A stretch of DNA of 24,076 bases from a virus (lineage: Duplodnaviria > Caudoviricetes): the IMG/VR virus record IMGVR_UViG_3300016659_000131, positions 1 to 24,076 of that record; one strand, written 5' to 3'. Position numbers and translations under genes: made by a program. Below are positions 9,189-16,229 of this stretch, piece by piece; position 1 is the stretch's first letter; each line of letters starts with the position of its first letter. The notes beneath the pieces are model-generated. The model searched no databases. It worked only from the letters and a program-made list of their open reading frames with translations, and was not told the origin of the DNA.

Positions 9189-9548
9189 CTATTTTTTCAA
9201 TAAAACTTTAACTTCAAAACTCAACAATTTGACTTTTTTGGCCATATCTTCCAATTGCTCGTTTGCAAGAACAAATGCTTCTTCTTTGGTTGCCGCAAAA
9301 ACATCCGAAAGATTCTTATATTCAATGCCAAGACCACGATTATACCTAAGCATAACACCCCAGACCTGCTTTCTGGGTTTATGTAAGATTTCGATGGCGT
9401 AATCAAAAGCTTCGCCATATGTATTAAATTCTTTGATTTCTAAGGAATAGCAGCTTTCTGGGACACTTTCTTTCTTGACAACAAACTTTCCGTTTGATGG
9501 GTAAATCATAAAGCCGTTCAACAAAAGCATTTGGAGAGAATCGCTCAT
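9189..9548 (-). CDS. Hypothetical protein
   Basis: 119 aa with SD AAGGAG. Confidence 0.75.
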   Translation of the reverse strand: MSDSLQMLLLNGFMIYPSNGKFVVKKESVPESCYSLEIKEFNTYGEAFDYAIEILHKPRKQVWGVMLRYNRGLGIEYKNLSDVFAATKEEAFVLANEQLEDMAKKVKLLSFEVKVLLKK

Positions 9549-9558
9549 AATTACTCCT

Positions 9559-10080
9559 TCAAGTTAAACCCCATTTGTTTTTAAAATCATCCAATATTTC
9601 CTTTCTTTTCTTGTTTGCTTCCATGGCAATTCTTTGCTTTTCTATTGGTTTGTTTTTTCTTTCTATCTTTTTTGCCAAATCATAAAGCGATTCGATTTTT
9701 TTCTCCCATAAAGTATCAGGGACATATGCTTCTAATTCCCCATTCATTTCCTTGTAAACTTTTTTACCTTCATATTCACAAACAATTTCACGATTGTAAA
9801 AATGCATGATTATCGACATATTTACCCCTCTGGGCAATCCGTCAAAAATCAATCCCACCTCATAACTATTTTCTTCTTGCTCAAAAACAGGAATTGAATT
9901 TTCTTCCGGCAATTCAAATGGATCGGAAAGAAAACTTTGTTCAAAAGACTTGCTTCCTTGATGAATAATTGGTTGGCCAAGACGCTTGGCAATAACGGCA
10001 AATTTACCTTCCATGCCCATATATCCATGTCGCATGGCTTCTATAGTTCGAGCTTCTTTTATTTGCTCTTGACGACCCAT
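9559..10080 (-). CDS. Hypothetical protein
   Basis: 173 aa with SD GAGG. Confidence 0.75.
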   Translation of the reverse strand: MGRQEQIKEARTIEAMRHGYMGMEGKFAVIAKRLGQPIIHQGSKSFEQSFLSDPFELPEENSIPVFEQEENSYEVGLIFDGLPRGVNMSIIMHFYNREIVCEYEGKKVYKEMNGELEAYVPDTLWEKKIESLYDLAKKIERKNKPIEKQRIAMEANKKRKEILDDFKNKWGLT

Positions 10081-10098
10081 TGTTGAACCTCTAACTAC

Positions 10099-10110
10099 TA
10101 TATACTAATG
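10099..10110. promoter_or_regulatory. TATATACTAATG motif (putative late promoter)
   Basis: In a divergent gap; identical 12-mer at 14531. Confidence 0.6.
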
Positions 10111-10138
10111 TCTTTCTTAACTTATAAAAAGGAGAACC

Positions 10139-11854
10139 ATGTTAAAAGGATTGATAAACTGGTTTCAAAAAACAAGGGAATACATTTTCCCAACAATCGA
10201 TACTGTAGAAGCACAAGCGCAACCAGTAGCTCCTAAACCTGTTGTTAAAAAAAATAAAACATATTACATCGACCCAACATCACCAAAATTTTTGTTGACT
10301 GCCAATATGCCAGCAACTACTGCTTTGCCGATGCGTGGTGTGGGTGAAGGCGGTGGCGGTTTTGCGCTTGGCACTCCGCAACAACAAGCTGATGGCTTGA
10401 AACAAATGGTCAACGATGCACTTGTTTTTATGAAATCAAAATGCCCTTCCGCAATAACTAAGTGGAGAGGGACTGCAACTCTTGCTCTTTATCCCCGTGC
10501 CGGACAAGATTTAAACGCATACTACGACAGATCATCTTTGAAATTCTTCTATTTCCCAGACAGCATTCTGAAAAAAAAAATCTACGCTGCCGATTCACGA
10601 ACCGTAGTCACACATGAGTTCGGACACGCTTTCTTGGACATTTTAAGACCCGATTTTTGGAGCGCACAAGCATCAGAAGTATGGGCATATCATGAAGCTT
10701 TTGCTGACATAACAGCATTTTTAAATAATTTGCAATACGATCCATTGATCCAAAGAGCTTTAACAGAAACGAGCGGAAATTTAAGCAATTCAAATTCCCT
10801 TACAAAATTGGCAAGAGAAATGGGCATAGGATTGCACAATTTAGCCCAAGGCCAATATGGAGAACTTTCTGATTGCCTCAGAGATTTAAGTATTGAATTT
10901 AAATATGTTGTGCCTGAAACTTTACCAAACGATGGTTTAGATAATGTTCTTATCAACGAACCTCACAGTTTCAGTCGTGTTTTTAGCAGTATGTTTTATA
11001 AATTGTTCGTTGCCGTAACAAATGACAATGTCACAAAAGGCATGGCCCCCTTGGCGGCTATCAAATCAGCCCGTGATGTTCTTGCCAATTATCTCATTCA
11101 AGCTACTATCAAAGCACCTTTGACAACAAGACTATTCAAGGCAATTTGTCAAGAAATGCTTGTTGCGGACCAAAAAAACGGCAACAGATATCAAAATATC
11201 ATGAATAATATTTTTGCCGATTCAAGAATTTTATCACCAACAGTAAAATTATTGTCAGATATTAAGCTTGACTCTGTTCTTAAAAATATTACTGGCGATT
11301 ATATGCTTGAAGACGATGGTGACATTAAGGTCATTCGAATTCCAGTCGTAAAAACCATGCGTATTGCACAAAAAATGGGTGTTGTTGCTCTCAACAATAA
11401 TCCCCTTTTAGATGTTGAAATTGAAGTAGCATCACAATCTGCTTATTATTTTGACAAAAATGGATCAATGATTGAAGCAAGTGAGGCAACTCAAAGTGAA
11501 ATTATCAATTCTGCATATGAATGCCTCAACATAATCAATAATAAAAATTTGGCATCCGGTAATGATAAGGCTTTGTTTGAAGTTATTGATGGAAGATTAA
11601 CTCGCAAACAAATCATTTGCACATGTAACAAACCTAATTATTGCATTCCCGGTGCTCCAGAATATCAAAAACCTTGGAAACCAAAAAACAACGCTGGATG
11701 CGTGGCTTGCAAAAGCAAATGTGATCCAAAACCTTGCGATTGCGCTCAACCCCAGCCACCTGTGCCGCCAAAAATTGGCTGTTACACAAAAATAAACAAA
11801 CAAGGTCCAACCACTTATAAATTTGGACAATCAATTTCTAGAAAAGTTTGCTAG
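10139..11854 (+). CDS. Gluzincin metalloprotease (M4 thermolysin/M36 fungalysin-like) with Cys-rich C-tail
   Basis: LNAYY, VVTHEFGH (HExxH), third ligand in AYHEAFAD, and EPH motif. SD AAGGAG. Ten Cys in the last ~78 aa. Confidence 0.85.
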   Translation: MLKGLINWFQKTREYIFPTIDTVEAQAQPVAPKPVVKKNKTYYIDPTSPKFLLTANMPATTALPMRGVGEGGGGFALGTPQQQADGLKQMVNDALVFMKSKCPSAITKWRGTATLALYPRAGQDLNAYYDRSSLKFFYFPDSILKKKIYAADSRTVVTHEFGHAFLDILRPDFWSAQASEVWAYHEAFADITAFLNNLQYDPLIQRALTETSGNLSNSNSLTKLAREMGIGLHNLAQGQYGELSDCLRDLSIEFKYVVPETLPNDGLDNVLINEPHSFSRVFSSMFYKLFVAVTNDNVTKGMAPLAAIKSARDVLANYLIQATIKAPLTTRLFKAICQEMLVADQKNGNRYQNIMNNIFADSRILSPTVKLLSDIKLDSVLKNITGDYMLEDDGDIKVIRIPVVKTMRIAQKMGVVALNNNPLLDVEIEVASQSAYYFDKNGSMIEASEATQSEIINSAYECLNIINNKNLASGNDKALFEVIDGRLTRKQIICTCNKPNYCIPGAPEYQKPWKPKNNAGCVACKSKCDPKPCDCAQPQPPVPPKIGCYTKINKQGPTTYKFGQSISRKVC

Positions 11855-12282
11855 TCAATATTGACAAATTTTGTTGTTAATTTGGTAGGAATGCCTTTAT
11901 CGTCATAATTTACAACATTCGTGTTCGCATCAATCTGGGCATATAACAATTCGGCATACGGCTTGTCACCCATGAGATTGATGCGAACGCTCACATCGCT
12001 GATGTGCGGTTTTGCTTCTCTAATGTAAATTTTAAATTTATCTTTGTCACCCGCAACAATTTTATATCCACCTTTTACAGCTTCGTCAGAAACTATTTTA
12101 TGATCCAAATCACGCAAGGCATTTTTTGTCGCACGATACATAGTTTTAAGGTTCTCATGATAATACTTGTGTGCCTCACCTTGCTTCCACATAATAATAC
12201 CAGTCATAATCGGACCCTGAACAAAGGGCACAACTGCACAACCAGAAAATAAAAAACATAAAAAAATAACTATTTTTTTCAT
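11851..12282 (-). CDS. Lipoprotein, DUF3568-like
   Basis: MKKIVIFLCFLFSGC lipobox; SD AGGAGG; YRATKNALRDL...VSVRI pattern resembles DUF3568. Confidence 0.65.
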   Translation of the reverse strand: MKKIVIFLCFLFSGCAVVPFVQGPIMTGIIMWKQGEAHKYYHENLKTMYRATKNALRDLDHKIVSDEAVKGGYKIVAGDKDKFKIYIREAKPHISDVSVRINLMGDKPYAELLYAQIDANTNVVNYDDKGIPTKLTTKFVNID

Positions 12283-12297
12283 GAATGCCTCCTATGA

Positions 12298-12305
12298 TAT
12301 TTATA
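12298..12305 (-). promoter_or_regulatory. T4 late-promoter consensus TATAAATA
   Basis: Exact TATAAATA on the - strand just upstream of the lipoprotein SD. Confidence 0.5.
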
Positions 12306-12362
12306 TTTAATTGCGATTAGTCTAGAAAAATATCGCAAACTGGTTTTCTAAAGGAGATTTTC

Positions 12363-12668
12363 GTGACTAGAGTTGACAATTTATTCCAGCTTACAAGGTT
12401 TTTCCCTATGGCTGATTTACTTAAAGCTTCAAAGTTTGATCTTGAACTCCTCAATCATTGGTATGCAACTAGATATGACGAGGAAGAAGACGACGATGAC
12501 GAGGAAGAAGACGACGATGAGTGGGATGACGATGAGGACGAAGACGACGATGATTGGGATGACGATGAGGACGAAGACGATGAGTGGGATGACGATGACG
12601 ACGAAGACGACGAAGATGACGAAGATGACGAAGATGACGAAGATGACGATGAACTAGAAGATTATTGA
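12363..12668 (+). CDS. Small, extremely acidic (D/E-rich) protein
   Basis: GTG start with SD AAGGAG (alternative ATG at 12408). About 60-residue D/E tract containing three Trp; followed by a terminator. Confidence 0.7.
   Translation: MTRVDNLFQLTRFFPMADLLKASKFDLELLNHWYATRYDEEEDDDDEEEDDDEWDDDEDEDDDDWDDDEDEDDEWDDDDDEDDEDDEDDEDDEDDDELEDY
12476..12660 (+). repeat. Coding low-complexity tandem repeat (GAY/GAR codons; 30-33-nt TGGGATGACGATGA units and 9-nt GAAGATGAC units)
   Basis: Directly visible in the sequence. Confidence 0.85.
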
Positions 12669-12677
12669 ATTTAACCA

Positions 12678-12711
12678 AAAGCCCGGTAATATTCCGGGCT
12701 TTGATTTTTTT
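12678..12711 (+). terminator. Rho-independent terminator
   Basis: AAAGCCCGG-TAATATT-CCGGGCTTT followed by a T-run, 10 bp after the stop codon. Confidence 0.8.
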
Positions 12712-12793
12712 ATCCTATATAAGAACTAAATATATTAGGCATATGTAGATTTAATGGCAGTCTACATTTCACAATTACATGACAAGGAGGTTC

Positions 12794-13525
12794 ATGAAAA
12801 AATTTCTTAGCATCTTTGCCACATTATTGTGCTGCTTATCAGCGTTAGCACAACCACTTTTGCCTCAAATCGTTCCACCAAACGAACGGCAATATCCTAA
12901 TGTTTACCTCGCTGTAAATACTAACCCAATTGTTTCTTTTGAAGGATCGGTAGATGACGATCTTTTAGATGTCATGGTGCCTGTGCCCATGAAAGACCGT
13001 GTATTCAATAAAACCGGAATTCAATGTGTATGGGCTTCAACAGAATTGCTCGGAAGATATGCCGAAGAACCAAAACTAATCAATTTAACCAGCGATCCTG
13101 ACTGTAAAAGCTATGCCACACCTTCAAGTTTTCATCGAAAAATGAAACAACTTGGTGTCAAATATGAAACTACAACTGATCCTAAAGACCGAAGTCTCAT
13201 TATCAAAGGCGTGGTTAAAGAAAAACGAGGAGTGCTTTTCTGCGTTCCCGGTCATGCAATGGTGCTGGTTCATTACGACGAAAAAAAAGGTATCGTAAAA
13301 TATATCAACAACAGCGATAGAACCCTTGCCATTCGGACTTGGACAATGGCTGAATTTAACAAAAGATTTGATGGTTGGGTGTCAATCGTTTATGCCGATC
13401 ATGATATAATTCCACAAAAATATGCACCAAAAATTCCCACTCTCCCAATTATTGACAGAAATAGAAGCCAAGGAAATTACGATAAAGATTACATTCTTCA
13501 ACCACAAAAACTATTGTCGTTTTAA
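12794..13525 (+). CDS. Secreted papain-fold (C39-like) cysteine peptidase
   Basis: SD AGGAGG; signal peptide MKKFLSIFATLLCCLSALA|Q; QCVWAS (Cys), GHAMVLVHYD (His), YINNSD (Asn). Confidence 0.75.
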   Translation: MKKFLSIFATLLCCLSALAQPLLPQIVPPNERQYPNVYLAVNTNPIVSFEGSVDDDLLDVMVPVPMKDRVFNKTGIQCVWASTELLGRYAEEPKLINLTSDPDCKSYATPSSFHRKMKQLGVKYETTTDPKDRSLIIKGVVKEKRGVLFCVPGHAMVLVHYDEKKGIVKYINNSDRTLAIRTWTMAEFNKRFDGWVSIVYADHDIIPQKYAPKIPTLPIIDRNRSQGNYDKDYILQPQKLLSF

Positions 13526-13559
13526 TATATAAAATATTCAGCTAATTCCAAAGGAAAAC

Positions 13560-14117
13560 ATGAACAAGAATTATATCAAGTATTTAAGCGGAATTATTAA
13601 CGAAGAACAATTCCATTTTGCAGAATCTGTTGACCTTGGTAATTTCGATGAAAAAGAAATTATGGGCAAATTGCTTAAATATGCAAAACAATTAGTGAAT
13701 ATATTCAATTGGCATGAAGACGAAATGGAACAAATTGTTTCAAGCTCACTCGCTAGTAACGAATTTGATAGAGAAGCTGGGCTTGGATATTCAGGTCATT
13801 TACAAAATTATCTTATGGACCTTGCTGCTGCTCTAAATGGAGGATTAGCAGCACTTCATATGGGGGCTGGTAAAACAGCCGGTATGTATGATGGTGAAAA
13901 AATGTTGCCAATTATGCTTGATAGACTTGGCTTACTCGGACTTGACAATCCCAAAACCAGCAAGGTTACTCAAGCAATTAAGAAATGTGCTGAAATAGCA
14001 GCCAAAGACACTCACAAGGACTTAAAAAATAATTCTCCTTATGTTGTGGCTTTTCGTGATTCAATTGAAAAACTTAATCATGCAATTGTTAATCGTCAAA
14101 CAATGATGCGTGCGTGA
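13560..14117 (+). CDS. Hypothetical protein, candidate internal head protein
   Basis: SD AAGGA; N-terminal KYLSGIINE motif. Confidence 0.7.
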   Translation: MNKNYIKYLSGIINEEQFHFAESVDLGNFDEKEIMGKLLKYAKQLVNIFNWHEDEMEQIVSSSLASNEFDREAGLGYSGHLQNYLMDLAAALNGGLAALHMGAGKTAGMYDGEKMLPIMLDRLGLLGLDNPKTSKVTQAIKKCAEIAAKDTHKDLKNNSPYVVAFRDSIEKLNHAIVNRQTMMRA

Positions 14118-14296
14118 TTCAAATTCATCAGCTTCGGCAAATTATCTTGATTTTTTAAACTGATTTTCTACAATTCAAACTGAAATCTGTTTATAGATGA
14201 CAGCCGATGCAATTGATCAAACATTTTCGTCGCAAACTTCCAATCCAAACAACAAATGCTCATTTCATTAAAATAAAGAAGCATTCAAATCAAAAA

Positions 14297-14524
14297 CTAC
14301 TTTTTAATCTCTCTTGATTTTTTCTTGCAATTACAATCTTTTTTCATATATTTAATTTTATCCATCTTCGTCGGTGGTTTGTCACTATCCCCATACTGCG
14401 GCATCGCCGTTGTTCTTACAGGACTACCGAATTGATCTGCCTGATCTGAAGCCATCGATTCAGCACCCGGTTCGCCACCGTACCATTCTCGTTTTTTAAG
14501 GTATTCCGCAAAAGATGTAATCAT
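14297..14524 (-). CDS. Small hypothetical protein, candidate internal head protein
   Basis: N-terminus MITSFAEYLKKRE resembles a capsid-targeting sequence; basic Cys-containing tail. Confidence 0.65.
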   Translation of the reverse strand: MITSFAEYLKKREWYGGEPGAESMASDQADQFGSPVRTTAMPQYGDSDKPPTKMDKIKYMKKDCNCKKKSREIKK

Positions 14525-14530
14525 TTTAAA

Positions 14531-14542
14531 TATATACTAATG
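14531..14542. promoter_or_regulatory. TATATACTAATG motif (putative late promoter)
   Basis: In a divergent gap; identical 12-mer at 10099. Confidence 0.6.
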
Positions 14543-14568
14543 CACACAAATTTGTTGCAAGGAGTGCC

Positions 14569-15660
14569 ATGAAAAAAGAGTTTTCAAAAATAATCATCTT
14601 GTGCATTTTATACACATCTTTAATATGTGCATATACTTACAAAACCAAGCAACTAGAACCCAAAAAACCAGAAAATAAAATAGAACAAATTGAGGACATC
14701 CTCAAAAATACCGACGCAGCAAAGAAAACATTTCCCGATCCAGTTTCAATATCAGTAAAAATACCGCCCTTTTTAAATTATGCCCAAACCATAAATCAAC
14801 TCAAACAATGGCAATCTGAAGCTCCTGAATTAGTTGAAGTTGACACCTATGGACAAACAAAATCACATAAGGATTTATATTACATCCGTGTTCATAACCG
14901 CTTCGATAAAACAAAGAAACCCGTAGTTTTGATAACCGCTGCAATTCACGGAAATGAACCTTGGAGCAGCAGCATCACTATGGCATACATAGGAAATATT
15001 ATTGATCAATATGCAAAAAGCAAAGAAATAACAGACATGATCAATTCTAGAGATTTATATTTTATTCCAATCGTTTCGCCAGATAGCTATCCCACATCAA
15101 GGACTGTAGGCAACATTGATCCAAACAGAGACTTTCCAACACCAAAAAACAACGAACATCAAAGCATACCAGAGATCATGGCTCTAAGAGAATTTTATTT
15201 CAAAATAAACCCATCTGCCGTTATTTCTGGACATACTTATGGTCGCATTTTTATGACTCCTTACGGAGACACTCATCAAAAATCGCCTCATGAAGCTGAT
15301 TACAATCGAATCGTTGGCAAAATGGCTGAAATGGCAAATTACAAAAAAATACATTGCGTTGAACTGTACGGAAAGCCAATTGATGGATCAGAGGTAGATT
15401 GGTTTTATAGAAACGGCTCCATATCAATTTGCGCTGAATATGGAACCCATCAAAATAAACCCACCAATGATGAAATCAAAAGCGAATTCATGCGTGTAAA
15501 AGATGCAATCAACTTTTTTGTCAACGAAGCGCCGAACATTTCTGTTAAGGTAAACGACGAAGGGGTAGATTTTTCAAAAAATACAGGTATCTCTCGTAAG
15601 TACGCTCGACTTCCAAACGGGGATTTAGTCCCAGTAGGTCCGTACCAAAACCCCGATTAA
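14569..15660 (+). CDS. M14 zinc carboxypeptidase with N-terminal signal/anchor
   Basis: AAIHGNEPW (HxxE), PNRDF, ISGHTYG, catalytic AEYG; hydrophobic N-terminus; SD AAGGAG. Confidence 0.9.
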   Translation: MKKEFSKIIILCILYTSLICAYTYKTKQLEPKKPENKIEQIEDILKNTDAAKKTFPDPVSISVKIPPFLNYAQTINQLKQWQSEAPELVEVDTYGQTKSHKDLYYIRVHNRFDKTKKPVVLITAAIHGNEPWSSSITMAYIGNIIDQYAKSKEITDMINSRDLYFIPIVSPDSYPTSRTVGNIDPNRDFPTPKNNEHQSIPEIMALREFYFKINPSAVISGHTYGRIFMTPYGDTHQKSPHEADYNRIVGKMAEMANYKKIHCVELYGKPIDGSEVDWFYRNGSISICAEYGTHQNKPTNDEIKSEFMRVKDAINFFVNEAPNISVKVNDEGVDFSKNTGISRKYARLPNGDLVPVGPYQNPD

Positions 15661-16156
15661 CAGATTGCATTTCTTTAGGATCAAATTCAATCTCTGAAGG
15701 TAAATCAAGATATTCCTTTATCAAATCCATGCCTTCACCGGCACATAATTGTTCATATGTCAAAAATACAGCCCCCGGTGTTCTTTTTGCCATTTCACAA
15801 AGACGACGAATTCGGAATTTATAATGAAGAACAGCAAACGAAGGTTTTTTTCTATCTTTTGATATCAAATAATTTATGGGAATTTCAGGCTTTCTTAAAA
15901 CATAAATAAATTTACAATACTTGTAGGCATCTTTTGATGAAATTTGAAAATTAAATAAAATTTCATCCATATAAATTGCAGATCGGTTTTGGCATTTGTG
16001 ATTTTGCTGCGTTAATGTCAAAAGTTGAAATCCAGAAGAATAATTACCAAGAGTGTGGCCTTTATAGCCTTGTATTCTTGGATGTCTATTCATCGATTGA
16101 TATAAAATTTCTGACCCTGAATACTGATGACTGCAAATAAACACTATTTTTTTCAT
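15545..16156 (-). CDS. Sulfotransferase-family protein (divergent)
   Basis: VFICSHQYSGSEILYQSMNRHP (PAPS 5'-loop-like), KFIYVLRKP (3'-phosphate motif), LTYEQL. Start at MKKIVF (16156). Confidence 0.65.
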   Translation of the reverse strand: MKKIVFICSHQYSGSEILYQSMNRHPRIQGYKGHTLGNYSSGFQLLTLTQQNHKCQNRSAIYMDEILFNFQISSKDAYKYCKFIYVLRKPEIPINYLISKDRKKPSFAVLHYKFRIRRLCEMAKRTPGAVFLTYEQLCAGEGMDLIKEYLDLPSEIEFDPKEMQSVNRGFGTDLLGLNPRLEVERTYERYLYFLKNLPLRRLP

Positions 16157-16229
16157 GAAAGACCCTAGGAAGAAAATACTTTTTACTTTAATAACTAAGT
16201 GGTTAATGCGTTTGTAAGGATAATGTATT

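Noticed and set aside
12476-12660. Possible CRISPR array
   Set aside because: No unique spacers; this is a codon-level coding repeat.
12373-12678. Met/Thr/Lys-rich (+) and His/Arg-rich (-) ORFs
   Set aside because: Shadow frames of the GAY/GAR repeat; the SD and terminator orientation fit the D/E frame.
12743-12767. ATGTAGA...TCTACAT inverted repeat resembling a Cas12a repeat end
   Set aside because: Single copy with arms in the wrong order and no cas genes; at most a weak leader hairpin.
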